This document shows, piece after piece, positions 37,101 to 51,550 of a DNA stretch of 64,000 bases. The notes beneath the pieces are model-generated. The model did no database searches. It was not told the DNA's origin and saw nothing but the letters and a program-made list of their open reading frames with translations. The position numbers and the translations under genes are program-made. How positions within the stretch are numbered: the first letter of the stretch is position 1; each line of letters begins with the position of its first letter. The DNA comes from Phoronis australis (lineage: Eukaryota > Animalia > Phoronida), in the NCBI GenBank assembly GCA_002633005.1, contig NMRA01000073.1, forward strand, positions 915,375 through 979,374, in the 5' to 3' direction.

Positions 37101-40100
37101 AGCCGCAGACGACGCGTCGGCAAGCAATGGTTGTATTAAAAATATACACCAGTCGTTTCACCAGACAATGGATCGTTTTGTGATTAAAGAATGATAAATT
37201 GGGGTTGTATGACATTTACCCAGTGGAGGACCATCGTAACATACCTGTTTGATATACGAGTGCTACAGTGACACGGTTATCTTAATGAATAATGCGAATT
37301 TTACTATACTGAGTCCAAAGTGTGTGTAACCGTCACGGCGCGGTACCGATTGGTGCAACGAAAAAATATTCCAAGCCTGCTTAATAGAAACATTTCAAGT
37401 ACATCCCATCAAAATTCAGTTAGAATAAAAGTTAAGTAAAAAAGAACTAAGAAATTGGGATATTCAAAGTTGGAGGACGACAGAGGCTAACCGCTACTCA
37501 CTGCCGACAGCTACGCATGTAGAAATACAAAATGTATTTCACAATTTGTTAGAAATTAAAGTTCAAATCCCCAAATTAAACCGTTCTATCATTGTTCTTT
37601 TCAAAGCGTGAACATTGTACAGGGAGTTAAACAACAGTCTTATGTTCCAATGTTCAAAATCAGTAGGCAAGCGACAGCAAGGGAAGGATCTTTATAAATG
37701 CCTGTTTTATATAAGTGACGTCATACTTGATCGCAAACTTCGGTTGATCACAAGCGCTTAGAAACGGCTGTTGACTGATTTGATAATGCTGTTGTGGGTA
37801 TAATCGTTTTCCCGATTTACAAAAATTCAGTTGCCTACGTAAAAATCTGAGAATTTTCAGCGAGAAAGTAACGTAGTTTCAGAATTATTTATTATCTGCG
37901 TTTTGTTCTGTGTTGTTTTAGAACAAATTACGAGTTCAGTGTAAGATCCAAGCGTGTCAAACATACGGATGATCTCAAAACATACTCCAGCACCCTCTAC
38001 ACGCTAGAACCGTGGATTCATTCGTATGAACTATGGCGTCATGAGATCAAAAATAAGACATGCATATTCTACTCGTTACTTTTTCGTACATGAGCGCGTT
38101 ATGTAGTGGTTTGTACGTGTGATTCAGTGGTTCGAGTGGCTGATTCGGAAGTTTTGGGTGATGAGTATCTGGTAACCTTGAAATCGCGCTTCCCAGTTTT
38201 TGTTATCTCATACATGTACTGTCATCACCGACGTCACCGTCAGTATGATCGTCGAGAAGGACATCAGGGTCGATCGTTATCATTCAATTACTCGGGTAGC
38301 CATCGTTGTCGTCGTAGTCGTTATGACTGTCGATGTCACCGGCCAGATATTATTAAAGGTGCAACAAACCGGTGTTCTTTATTGAAAAAGATCAGGTCTC
38401 ATCTCGTTCCTTCTATTAGAAATTTCTTATAGGCTTGAGATGAACTGACAGGCCGTCATTAGCTTTTTACCGTCCCTAATTGCTTGTTACCAATGCAGTA
38501 TGACCGTCGGGCGAAACTTGGGATTTAGTACCATTTCAAACAAAGGCTCGTAATGAAGTCATAATGTTGACGTTTTGACGTCACAGCATGGTACACAACA
38601 ACTTTGGAAATGAATGTTAGTAGAACCATTGTCTGTTTGCGTACGCAAAACACCAATTTTCTCAGCCGTACGATAAGAATATTCTGAAGCACTTTTACGT
38701 AAATCCCTGCTTCTGTAAATCTATAAAAGTACTTACACAAATTCTGGTTATTTGAAAAAGCGACGCCGTAGTATTGAGAAAAGAATACATTTCGTGAATT
38801 TTTCAACACACTGAAGCAGGCATTTCCTTCATCAGGAATACCTTGTCTAATACGTATGCCACGGGTAAATGATTGCTTAATAATTTTTAAGTGGTTTCGA
38901 GTCTTTTTGTCATTGGGATTTCAGAATATTTATTTGGTCATCATCAAAGTTTAAAGTAGTGCTCAACAAATATTATCAATGTCGATTTACAGTAGAGTAG
39001 ACAAATGTGTTTTATCAAAGAACGTATTTAATTGAATTTCTTAAAACTCGTAACAATAATTTCAACACAAAACACAGGTTTGTGTCATTTTTGGAAGCAA
39101 AAATGTCCCATTGCAGAAAAGGTAAATGTAGGCCTACAGGATTAGTTACGGTCGCGTTGCCTGTTTTCAAGAGTTTTCTTGGACTTTGAACTGACTCGTA
39201 TTCAAGCTACGCCCATTGCGAGTCAGAGAAGCCTCTTTTAGTCACCACATAATTGCGCTCAGTTTCCATTAGTCACCGCGTGCGATAAAATTACATTTAA
39301 TTTACTTGCATGAATGCCGATGACTGTGGTTTATGACTTCACGACTTATTTTTTTCTTCAGTCCCGTTATCCTTATCAAATCTTTTGTCGTTCAAATTTG
39401 TTATTATAAAGCGATACTTTTCACTCCAGCACTGAATTAAAATAGCGTGATTGCTATCCATCCTTCAGCTACCACAGCTACGAAACTGCCCGGTGCAGCA
39501 AAACAAGAAATGTCATAAAAATAATTTTGGCAATTCTGTATACACACTGCTTTACAATTAAAGTCCCTGAGCTCAATTAACATGTTTAATAAACTCAACA
39601 TGAGTGCGGGGGTTTTAAGAGGTTGGACAAATCCCAGTTCAACTTTCAAATTTATTGAATACACGTTCTGGTTTTATCTATACACTCACGACTTTGTCAA
39701 AATATTGTCATCTGCTTAATTGCTAAGGAATTGTATTTAGGACAACCATGAAAAAACTATATTCGGGCGTTGTCTGCTTGTTATCGAGATACTTGTACAT
39801 TGCGTAGCCTGAGCATACGATCTTGGCACCAAGCCAAAAAGTTCTTCAACTTGTTTGCTTTTCTTGACGCCTTGCCATTTTGCATAGTTACCAAACTTGT
39901 GTGACGTAGCAACTGATGCGTAAATTCCATAGATTGCGCGGGCCCGTACTCGGGACGTTCAGTCAGCGGATCTATGAAACGTCAACCTTCGAAGAAAGGC
40001 GCAAGGCAAGCAGTAAATTGTCCAATAAATTTTGGGAGCTAATAGCGATGGCAAGGCAACAGAATTTACCTCACCTACTATGTTAGAGGAATTGAAGACC

Positions 40101-41624
40101 CAAAAAATCCTGACTAACCATAGCCTAACCCCCTTTTTGGAGATGACTAAACACGCGCTGCACGGTGATGAATGTTGGTGCGCAACTCGACGTTTTTGTA
40201 TGAAACGACTCGCACTGAGGCTTTGTGTTCTCCTGTCAAGCGAACAACAATAACACGCATGTATCAAATGAGAACTCATCAGCCAAAATCCGATAACGAC
40301 TTGTCAAACCAAGTACATAAGGCCATGGGCTCCCAAGTCCAGTGGCACAACGTGGCACCTGCTTCATTAGAAGTAAATCACGCGCACGCCAACAGGTGGC
40401 GCGTAAACTGATTCGCAAAGCGTTTTATCAGTCAAAGAAACTGATTTTTGACATAGGTCGATTACACTTAACAGTTACTCCCAACGTATTCTTTATTTAT
40501 TAAAACTTTCAAACTGGCGTAAATCAATTGTTGGTTTCTTCAACGGAACGCCGCTTTAATGTAGCCGTTTGAAACAATTAAGGCGGTGTTGAAAACAGCA
40601 ATCTCACTCAGTACGTAGGAAAAGTGAAAAACACAAATCGTCGGTTGAATGCAAAACAATGCACTATGATATCGCAGGAATAATAGACTAGTTTAAAAAG
40701 ATAATTAATTACGTTAAACATAGTAAGTGCAGATAATCATTCCCTAACCACTGAAACTATTAGAATCTCTGATTCCAGTGTATCAGATATAGAGCGTTTA
40801 GCGAATGCCTAACGTTACTTTTGCTTAATATACCCACAAGACGCATAGTTGGGCATTTATGAATATTGCAATTTATATAACATGCCCAATTATAGATTAT
40901 GTAACTTGAGCTAGCATGCATTTTATAACATGCGTGCTACAGAATGGGGTCAAGACAGCAGCGACAAGAAATCTTTCGGCTTGCGTCAGTGTACGAGTCA
41001 GTCAAGTAAAATGATATCAGTTTTCTTGTACCATTGAAGTCGAAACAAATAAAATATTTAGAATCGCCATTTATCGATCTCCTCAAACAACGAGTAGGAC
41101 ATTTGAAATTTTCACCAACGACTTCATCAGAGTTTCTAACCAAAGGCAAAAGTAGCGAGTTAATCCTAGTTCGGCATCAAGATAATTATCTGCAACGTTT
41201 AGTTCACCTAAACACATTTCCTTCAAAATATATGCCCACTAACAGACAGCCAAACCATTCACCAAATGTTCTGCCCCGTCACAGTCCTTCAACAGTTGCT
41301 CGCATTCAGTTCAGAAATATTTCTGGTCACTCTTCTGCATTCGCGTCTCTCTATTCTGACTCGAAAACTAATAAATACATCACCGCAAACACATGTACCT
41401 TTCAGTTAGAGATAAGCATTAGAAATGACTTCCTATCTACACTAAGCTTTGATTAGGATTTAACGAACATTGATACCAACTGTGATATTGACCATAATCA
41501 TAGCATGCATGCCACTGAACAACCTTAGAAAATATACACTTCCCAAATAAAACTGTTATGTTTAAAAATAAATAACATAAGAACAACTGGATAACACAAG
41601 GTATGCCCCCTGGAGTCAATGAAA

Positions 41625-42195
41625 TGTATCTCGCTGATTCCCTGCGTGCCGCGCCAGCAGGCAGGGAGTATCACTTAATTTTCCTCAGGAAATTTTTTTA
41701 CACCGGCGTTTCTGATTGGCTAGTCGAATTCTCAACAGGCAGCGCTTTACGCAAACAAACTGGCATGACTGATAGACTGGAGGTGTAAATGTGGTCTGTT
41801 GTACAGACCAATCGGTGCTTAAAATTTATGTTCAGGAAATGTGAAGCCTAGAAATTATGATTGCAACTTTTTTGGAATGCATCTTTCTACTGTCGATGAC
41901 TTTTGTTTACGATAGTGTGTCCTGTATTCATACAGTATGAATGACACACCGGTTAAATCGGCCAGAAAGTGTGTATGTGCTTAAAGCACGCGACTATTAA
42001 ACATCACTGCAGAAACGAAATAGTTGCTGCGACGCCACTTGCATGACAAGGCTAAAACTCGTTCACAGTCCGCCATTTTTTCACGGTGTTGTAAAGCTAA
42101 CCAATGACTGCGGAGATTACATCGACCGGCGCGTGCCACTGCTTGATACCTGCGTGCTGGCTGGGCTAAGCACGCAGGGAACCAGCGAGTAAAAT
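41625..42195. mobile_element. Old foldback or MITE-like element
   Basis: CTCGCTGATTCCCTGCGTGC..GCCAGCAGGCAGG near 41630 is inverted relative to CCTGCGTGCTGGC..GCACGCAGGGAACCAGCGAG at about 42150-42190. Confidence 0.5.
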
Positions 42196-42559
42196 GTATT
42201 TCAACTGGAAACGACACCTTTTGGCCACTTTCAAGGATTTTGCAAATGCAATAACGTAAGAAAGGGAACGTTGGAAATAGTTGAATCTGCAACCTCCCGA
42301 GAAATAACTGTTCGGAAATTTATAGAAAATTAACAACGGCGCTATAACACATGAAAAAGAACGTGAGGAAAACTGTAACCGTTTAAGGGGATTGAGTAGT
42401 TACCTATAGGCGACCTGTTTGTGTTTGCAGACGATAAGTAACAGAGGAAAGTGACGAACACTCCTGGAACACACTAGAATCTGGTTACGTGACAACGAAA
42501 GCTCCGACTGGATATTCGATCCCAGACCCAATATGAATAGGGAGGCTGACCCTTCTAGA

Positions 42560-43090
42560 GACAACGTAGCCCTTCTGTACGTTCACGGTCTCTAGGAAAA
42601 AACTGTCTAACATCTCCAGAGAACACCAGGTGGGCCTCTATCACAAACCAGTCGGAGTGCATTGGATTACCTGTAAGACAAGTCAGACAACCATAAATGC
42701 GAGGTGATATACACGATTGAAATCCGTGATTGTCCTGACAAATATGTTGGTGAAACTGTTCGGAGTCTAGGTCTAGGACTAAAAGAACACTTAAACATAA
42801 CATCTGGCAACTCTACAGCATTAGGACAACACCGCATAACGTTTGCAAACCTACAGTCAAACTGCTATCTAGAGAAAACAAAGAAGTTGTGGAAGTCATG
42901 AGCAATAAACCAAAATTGAACAGAAACAGCGCCTGAACTACCAGCTATTTATCAGCGCCTCCTCGCAAGTAATAACCACCAGGTGGTGTTGGACAACCAC
43001 CAAGGACCACCCACTGGTGACCATGTGACATGAAGATTCCCGCCAGGCTCCGACGAAGGGCCCAGAACGGGTCGCCGATAGGTAACTACT
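42560..43090 (+). mobile_element. Penelope-like retroelement relic (GIY-YIG endonuclease end)
   Basis: LLYVHGL*EKLSNISREHQV is followed by VIYTIEIRDCPDKYVGETVRSL...KEH...STALGQH, the GIY-YIG pattern VIY.I.C..C...YVGET.R.L..R.KEH. Stops and frameshifts are present. Confidence 0.8.
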
Positions 43091-43698
43091 AAAATCTCCT
43101 ATACTATGTGATGGAGCCAGCTATGAACGTTCATTCTGTCGTTATAATCGCTTTAGTAAAACAATGCCACAGTCAAACAACTTACAGTCTCTGGTGGAAA
43201 ATTTATGTTATAAAGGTCAAAGTTGTATGTTTTGGCATTTCCAATACTTAATACTTTTAACCTGAACCTTTAAAGCTGCATTTTGTCCCGTTTAGTGACT
43301 ATAAAAATCGAATTACGTTACTTACTCTCTTACAATCGTTCACGTAAACATACATTGTTACCCTAACAGATTCCATTTCCTTTACCAATAGGCCTACTAT
43401 CATTGAAACCATGGGCAACTCAACAAAACGCTTCACTATGTATTGGGTTGGCCAACCATACGGATCACAAATGGCGCGTGAGAGCATTACCTGTCACTTG
43501 AGTTGGTAACAAAATGGAATCCTTTCACGGTAAGGAATATTTCGCATGAATTTCTGACGGCCTATTTGATTTTTTGTTTTCAGCCAGCTAAACAGGGCGA
43601 AATACAGCATAATTTCAGTTACCGAATGGGGACACCGTCACTTACTTCAAATTTAACAGGAATGATTCGTGCATGCTGGTAGCATGAAAACACAATAG

Positions 43699-43702
<4 letters not shown>

Positions 43703-43775
<73 letters not shown>

Positions 43776-43785
43776 CGCCTGTGTG
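43703..43785. repeat. (GT)n microsatellite
   Basis: GT run with occasional GC units. Confidence 0.95.
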
Positions 43786-43920
43786 CACAAAATGCGACTC
43801 CATAGAAAACTAAAATATAAAGTGTGTGCGTGTGCGTGCGTCTGTGTGTACAAGATGCGACTCAATAGAAAGCCAGAAGCGAAGCTGCGTTTGCATTCGA
43901 GTAAAATATAAAGCAGTAAT

Positions 43921-44073
43921 CAGTGGCGGATTTAGATGGGAGCCAAGGGGGCCATGGCCCCCCTTAAATTTCTCCCAGATTATATTTTGCGGTGCGAGTG
44001 TCTGACGTACAAAATCCTGGCTAATACTCTGTCCTGGTCCCCTCCCCAACTCAAAATCCTGGATCCGCCCCTG
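43921..44073. mobile_element. MITE (GGCGGAT family), inverted relative of 30976-31120
   Basis: Termini are CAGTGGCGGATTTAG...CTGGATCCGCCCCTG. There is no exact 5-bp TSD; the flanks are AAAGCAGTAAT and GAAACAGTAAT. Confidence 0.85.
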
Positions 44074-46548
44074 GAAACAGTAATATCGTAGTAATACTAT
44101 CCTCATCATCAGCAACAATAGTAGAATCAGTAGTAATAGTAGCGCCGAAGCGGGGGGGGAATGTAGTAATAAGAGGAACAGTATTAGGAGTGGCACTCAG
44201 GTGTTGGTTAAAGTAACGTAATACTTTTATTCGAGTTCAAAACATGATAAGTCAATGTTCCCGGGGTTACTTACTTAGATGATACAGCACGGAATGAGCC
44301 GCTCTTAAATGCGCATTCTCAACAAGAAAAGCAATTTTAAGCAGCAGCCCGGAAACCAGTCATGATCTACATGTAGCTGGGCAGTTGCAGCCGTGCAGCT
44401 TGCCGCTGAAACAAGTACAACGGCGGTAAGTGGCACTACATTTTGATCGCATTTATGTGGTAAAGATTCCAACCTTGATTTCAGCGAATGTCTCGCAGAC
44501 AACCGCGAGAACTGGCGAGAATGGTATCACATGACAACGGATTTTGTTGTTTTACAGCTAATAACTTCAAGAAGTCTATCGTCGAAAAATAATCCCATAA
44601 ATCCGTTTTCGGCCGTAAAACCAATAACGTCCCAGCCTGTAAATTGAAAGGCCTTTTTTCCGTTAAAATTCCTTACTGAAGGGTTTCTGTTTGGGTTGGA
44701 GCATAATAAAAGGGACATTTTCCAACAAAACTCTACAATATAATTTTCTATTTCATCGTTCAGTTTTAATTGAATAATTAGATAAGTATTTTGAAGAATT
44801 TAATCCTCTAACCGTGACATCATGTTGCAAGAAAAATCACTATGAAAGTATGACTTCCGTAGAAGTTGCAAACACACGGGACCATTCAATCGTGCTTACT
44901 CTCCCAATGGCTTGAGTTTCATCTTGACTAATCTCTAAATGAGAAAGTGCCCCCCGGGCCAGACTCTTATATTCGTTTTATTTAAATTCTAATATATGAA
45001 ATGTATATCCTTTACCCGTATGAATTACAGTGCCTGAACGTCTAAAGTCACGATTCCAGTCACATGGCGAAGTTTATAAACATATTGTTGTGATAAGTTG
45101 TTTTTTTAAATAAAGGTTTACGTCTTTCACATTTAACTTTCTAGTAGACAAGGCTTAGTATACTCAAGGAGTATATTACGGTGTCAGAACGTACCTGCCT
45201 TCACGTACGTAGTCGTATGTACCATCATGTAATCATAAACCATATCATTTAATAACCTATTCGATTCAACATAGCTCGCAGCAATATCATCTGCATTAAA
45301 GTATTGTGTGTGAGTCCGTACGAAGCTTCGGGCTCAATACTTTAATATGGCAGACGTGGGTATATCGATTTGTGCGATCCCATGTCGCTGACAAGCAACG
45401 ACCAAAATTTCTTGTCAAAGCACCTTGCCTACTGTAAGCATTTGCAATTTCCTGCTATTCACAACAAAGTGACCGACACATTCCATGCTATACGACGGTT
45501 GTACACTGTTGTGTCAAGTTGTCAACTGTAACAAATTGGTTTCAATTGTGTGTAACTCTAGAAAAACGGTTGCTAACTTGGGGACACCGTATTTTAGAAA
45601 TGGATGGTCACATTCAAGTGAAGCACCAGTTACTATGATCGAGGTATGATACTTCGACCCACAATCTCAAAAGTAGTTGTGCTTAATTCCACCAGCCCAT
45701 TCAAACACAATTTTGTGCACGAACTTCCTAAAAACAGGGACTCAACAAACCACAGCCTTCTTTTTGGTAGCCTTCTGATTGGTCATACCGGGAAAGTCAT
45801 GCCCTTACACAGCGCTCAATTTGGCGACCTGTAGGTTACCACTGCGACCCTAGATTGTGTTTGGCGACCTCGGAAAATCTAAAACCTCCGCGAAGTCGCC
45901 ACAGCGGTATTAGTCATGCAATAATTCCACTCTAAATTCATTTCAAATTTCGTGCTTACTTCTAAACTTTAAATTACTAACAGTTTCCCCAGATTCGTTA
46001 TCTTTCATTCACAATTGTTTCGTTTACTTCGTGAAATCAGTGCATTTGCCAGCAGTCAGCACATATGAAACGCGCTTAAATTACAAAAGGAAGTAAGCAA
46101 ACGAAAGTCGAGATTGTTCAACAAAAATCGGCCAAGAAGATCGGTTAAATACACGCCACCAGTGCATGTTATTTCTGTGTTCAATTTTCTGTCCGTTGGC
46201 GGGAAGAATTGAGTTAGAAAACGAATATATATTAACGGGAGAAATTGGAGAGGTATGCATAAGATTCTGAAAATGAGTCACTGTCACGACCAGTAGATTT
46301 TCGTTTTGAAAGTCCTACAACTAAAGTTTACACATGCGCAGTCATGATGAAACATCTCATTGGTTAAATTTGAAACTCGGAAAATACTCAAGAATTTTTC
46401 GGATGCCCAAATTTGAGGCTACGAAAACACTCGAGGAATTCGGTATCATACGACCTACCTTGGTTGTTATCGTATCTTCAAATTCACCCTTCACCCTTCG
46501 GAGTTAAACATTATGTGCACATGTACAAAATTCATTTATACAGACATG

Positions 46549-46674
46549 CATGGGCGGCGCACCATAATGGGATGAGGAGGCTATAGCCCCCCACTTCTCC
46601 CATGGACTATGGGCGGTGCGCCACAGTGGGGGGGGGGGTATAGCCCCACTTTTTTCAGTTTTGCGCCGCCCATG
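46549..46674. mobile_element. MITE (CATGGGC family), 5-bp TSD
   Basis: TIRs are CATGGGCGGCGCA...TGCGCCGCCCATG, with TSD ACATG on both sides. Confidence 0.9.
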
Positions 46675-48368
46675 ACATGACTGAAGTTCGCCTATGCGCA
46701 ATCATGTTCACCTCCGACAGGAAGTTTTGTTACGAACGTGTGGTGCGTCAGATGATCCGAGGGAAATCTGAAGCCGCGAAAATTCACTAGGAGTGACGAA
46801 TAGATTGAAGTTTTGACTTTCCGTAACGAATCGCTAATTCTCGTACTGCATCAGGTTACAGAGTGTTGAGTGTGATCATCTGGCCGACAAGGGAAAAAGA
46901 GGCTGAATTGGCAACTGTGAAAATAATTCGAAGCCGAAGCGCCATACTCTTGTGATTAGACTCGTGCCCCCATCAAAATGACTGCATTTGTATATAGAAG
47001 GTAGTACTGAACAGTTCGGCTGCAGCCACGGGGATTTTGCTTAGAAAAAAGGGTCTGCATTAGATTTGGCGGCTGTTTTGAGGAATGCGTTGAAAAGAAT
47101 TTCAAGAAAACTGATTTGTTTTTGCTTTTGGACTCGTATTGAATGAGAAAAAAAAAATTGTAGCCGTCACCTGCTTTTGATGCCAAATGGTGACTCTGCA
47201 GTTTGCTTTCAACCCGTCGTCTGCTGTCTGAGAAACCTGGTGCAAATTTAGGTAGCTGTCAAACAGTTCGAAATTGCTAAGTGGGCATCTGGTGAGAGGC
47301 GTAATCTGACCACATTTTTAGAATCTAGAGAGAACGAGCTTTCGAATCTGTAGTCAATATTTTTCTCGCACTTGCAGGGAAGTGATAATTTTGGGAGAAA
47401 ACTGTAAAATTTGGGGTTTTCGGTCCAATTTTTCTACGCCGGGATGATGCAGCATGTTGGGAATGGTTGATAAGGACGTGAGGAAAGGACTCGTCTACAC
47501 TTTGGTGTGGCGTCAGCACTCAAAACTTTGTAATAACTGTAGTGTGCCGACACGCTACCTAAGCGATCCCACTGGTGATTTTAGAAGGGTAACCAACTTT
47601 GCGGTTTACTTACCTGCTTAATATGCGGATGCCCAGAGTCTTGTTTGCTGCTTAGAATCTTGATATCTAAACGTTCAACACAGTTTATATGGATTGACAG
47701 GTGGACTAGATCGCAGTTAAATGCCTTTAGGCAGTGAAGAAGAGATGCATATCGGTCGTATGATAGACGTTCGCTCACAATATCAAGCCGGTCACGAAAA
47801 TAGTGGTAGAGTATCACTTATTCCGGCTTCGACAATTTTTTCGTTGTAAAAAATCACGTGACATAACATTTTATAGAATATAGTTCATTGATTAATAGAT
47901 TCAATATTTCCATATATTAAAAACGTACGAAATCTTAGAGAGGATATTTTTATGACGCGAGATACCATATGTTGAAATAAAATGATGACGTAGTCGCGTA
48001 TTTGTGGTGTAGTGATGACGTTGTGGCTCTAAAACATGGCGATTAAGTGATGGAATCGTGTTAGAAATGATACGTCATTACCACAACGTCGTACTTTATG
48101 AATGATTAATATTACACGATCATGTACTGCTAGCTCTCTCCTCTGATTCACTGAAACGTGGAACGCTAACTTCCGTTCTGAGGTAATGCTGCCAACTGGC
48201 CAATGAGGAACGTCAAAACAGGTAAAAACAAGCGGATTCAATAAGATACGAAAACTCCGAGGAAAGGGAAATCAGTAATTGTGTAGTAAAACAAATATAG
48301 ACCTCGGGCGTATCAGTTGATTTGGACTCCGGCAGATCAATGTTGCTATCGGTTTTCAGCCTCGCCTG

Positions 48369-48455
48369 AATGATGATGATAATAATAATGACAATGATAA
48401 TAATAATAATAGTGGTAGGGGTAGTAGTAGCAGTAGTAATAATAGTAATAATAAC
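48369..48455. repeat. Compound (ATG/AAT/AGT)n microsatellite
   Basis: Degenerate trinucleotide run. Confidence 0.85.
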
Positions 48456-49642
48456 AACTGGTAATTTGCGACATGCTTCAGAATTTTTATATCTGACAAG
48501 TGAAAATAAAATTCCCGAATAAAACAATCATTTTCTGAAAACATTTTTACATGTACAGACTTCACGTTGATGGCTATGTCGTCTTATTGAGACCATGGTA
48601 GCGTGACAACGTACACGTATCGTTTGAATGCCCGTGTCGGAATGTGCCTTACTTCTCTGTTCATCTTTAATCTTCCCGTTTTAGAAAGAAAATATTTTCA
48701 CGGCATTTGATTAAAATCCGCACAAAACTTAAAGAATAGCCATGGATTTTTTTCGTTTATATTACATTGTGAATTCTAGTGGATTTCCCCCTTTGAAAAT
48801 TGGGTAAGTTTCATCCTGGCCGGAGGTGGTGATGAGGATATCGCCGCAGTGATTTGTGTTACTGAACGTACCAATGTAATGGATATATTATGAATCCAAC
48901 TGCAATCGTAATACAACTGTACACGTACCTATATGGCCTAAAGTGCGCTTAGTTGGATAAAAACGTGGGTCAACTCTCATACTATGTAATCTTCTGTCAA
49001 TAAACACAACTTTGCTGAAAATAATTCATCTTAAAAACTAGCCACGAGGCAACTGAAATTGCATACAGATTGGTTAGGTGTACGTCTTTGGGGAGACAAC
49101 GTATTCTCTTATTCACGATAGGTATAGCTGCAGGTCTGGTTTGTTTACGTTTTTAATTAAATTAGATTTAACTTTGATTAAATATATAACAAAACCATGA
49201 ACACTTGTAATTTGATCCATTCGTTTCAAGTTGACATGACTTATTTTTATTGAAAACAAATTACCGAACTAGCTTAATCTATTCTAACTGTTTGCACAAA
49301 GATACATGCTGACAAAATGTTCTTAAAATATCCGTATTAATATAAGTATTATTTTTTTTTAAAAATACAACGAAGTGGTCGGTAACAAGTCTGAATTTCT
49401 CTCTCCGTTTTTTCTCACCACTCTTGTCATTCCAAAGACCCCTTGACCATCATTTAAAAGAGCTCCTCGTGTCGAAGGGGCTGTATCAAGCCCAATCGAA
49501 ATAGTTTATTTATGGTTTATGTAAATGTTTGGGTAACCACGCCAGTGATTCCCTGCTTTCCAAGTGGACTGAGCCTGAAATGTTTACACCAAGTTAAAAC
49601 AAAACGAAAATTGTAACGTGTACAACTAAATTATTAAGAAAT

Positions 49643-49874
49643 CATAGGCGGATTTAGGGAGGAGCCCAGGAAGCGTGAGAAAATATTGAGGTCGGGCCGG
49701 GAAATTGGGGTCTCGTTTTTTTATATTTTTTATTTTTTAGTTCACCCATAGATTTTGCGAACAGGAAGCGCACATCTTCGGCCCCCGCAACTTTCGCATA
49801 CAATAGCGCTTTGCCCAATGCCCTGAGGCAAAATTTTTGCCCCCCTCCCTTATGTTATCCTAGATCCGCCACTG
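49643..49874. mobile_element. MITE (GGCGGAT family), 5-bp TSD
   Basis: Termini are CATAGGCGGATTTAG...CTAGATCCGCCACTG, with TSD GAAAT on both sides. Confidence 0.85.
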
Positions 49875-50458
49875 GAAATAAACATTCCATAAAATCGGCA
49901 ATAACCCTGCACATCGTCTAAGAAAATGCAGTTCGTTATTCCTGGAGACTATGCTCGATGAATAAAATGCCACGGCGCGACACGTCATCTTTCAATGTCT
50001 GGTCTCAAGCTAAAAGGAACTGCCAATTCTTTTCAAGCGCCTATTTTGACAAGGGAGGAATTTCATAACGACAAAATAGTCTAAATCAAAAATGTTCTTG
50101 TAACGGGAGGCGGGTTTATAGTACCTTGAAGATGAACAAAGTCAAAATGTCTGCATGGACTATCCAATTGTTCACGATAATACGTGAAACGCTACGAAAA
50201 GATCGTGTAACGTAGCTTCTCATTGGTTAACAGAACGAACTAACAGTCCTACATTCCGATTGGTTGGAAAATAGCATTCGGTCATTCCGATTGGTTGATG
50301 TTGAAAAAAGCCAACATAATAAATTATCCATGATGCCTTGGTTGCGCCAAAGGCATTATCAAGTTAAAACCCAACGCAGTCTCTCATTGACCTGTTGCTT
50401 ACTCTGTAACGTAGCAGTACGAAAAAAGTCAGCTGCGTCGTTTTCGCTTGAAATGTAA

Positions 50459-50898
50459 TAGTGTGGAACGATACACAGTTTTAGGAATTCGATTATTTTT
50501 CATTCGATTCTTGTTTATCAAATCAATTTATTTTCTCGAACGATTCTTGCCTTAGCGAGGGCGCATTTCGGGGAGGTGATCTGGGTTGACCTGACCAATT
50601 TTGTTTATAAACGAGACTTTCCAATCGCCTGTCTGTAGTACCAAAAATCGTGTTTTCGAAAAGTTGAGACAAAATAAAGTTAGATATGGGAAGATTCCAA
50701 CTAATGAACGATAACGAGTTGTTTATGTGTTCGGTATCCAGTAAAGCTTTTCAAAGAGGCAAGCCGAAACTCTGTAAGACATCTAACGGCGATCATTGGA
50801 ACTAAGAATCGAATCAAAATTGCCCTTGGCGTTTCGATATCGAATCCGTCGCTCCCTCATGGCTATTAGGTTACGATTCGATTAATCGTCGCACCTTA
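50459..50898. mobile_element. Degenerate hAT-like MITE (also present in copy 2)
   Basis: Imperfect TIRs TAGTGTGGAACGAT and ATCGTCGCACCTTA, with subterminal ATTCGATT/AATCGAAT repeats. Confidence 0.5.
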
Positions 50899-51163
50899 AC
50901 TAAAAATGAGGTCAAAATCCCGCTTTGGACTTCCTCAAAATTTCAAAAAAATTGATGAGTTAGGTTTGATGACAATTTGGTGTAGTAAATGGGTAGTGGT
51001 TGCCACGAATGTAGTTCCTTGGTGTTTTGATTAAACGAAGTCCAGAAATTTGACCTGTGCTTTGTTCTACCCCGATCGAAAATCAAGCCATTTTCAGAGC
51101 TCTTCACTTGTTCAGTCGGACATTTTTGACACGAATATAGATATCCGTCAGACAACTGGAAAT

Positions 51164-51550
51164 AGCGGAGTTGCAACTGAATCGATTTAACGATTGCGCA
51201 TGTCCGGAAATTAGGGTGCGCAAAGGCTACTGGGATTGTTGATGGTAAACGGGATGGCCGACTGGTTTGCACGACGTGTAATTTGTGTGCATTAAACTAC
51301 GCTGCTGTATGTAATTCTGCCGCTATTCGCCCTAATTAGCGCCCATGGCTCAACAAGTGCCCCAACGCGTTTTCAGACTTTGCTAAAGTAAGCGCCCAGC
51401 CCANAGCATGCCAGGCACACAACACGTATAACCTCCCCGTAGCCCGTTCGCCCGCACGGTTGCCAACATACTTGTTTACTGAAGTTTACCATTGTAACCA
51501 CAATGCAACATTCTGACCCATTTCCAATATGGCGGCGTTGCAACTCCGCT
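51164..51550. mobile_element. MITE with 14-bp TIRs and AT target duplication (ISL2EU/PHIS-like)
   Basis: Structure is AT|AGCGGAGTTGCAAC...GTTGCAACTCCGCT|AT. It is absent from the paralogous site GGAAATTAGC at 63130-63139. It contains an N at 51404. Confidence 0.85.

Noticed and set aside
38780-38845. CTGATGA...GAAA hammerhead-like motif on the minus strand
   Set aside because: The flanking stems could not be formed convincingly.
43653-43911. HT-repeat and CV-repeat ORFs
   Set aside because: They are translations of the (GT)n microsatellite.
50264-50458. Identical 64-aa ORF in both duplicated copies
   Set aside because: The identity reflects recent DNA duplication; it has a TTG start and no protein features.
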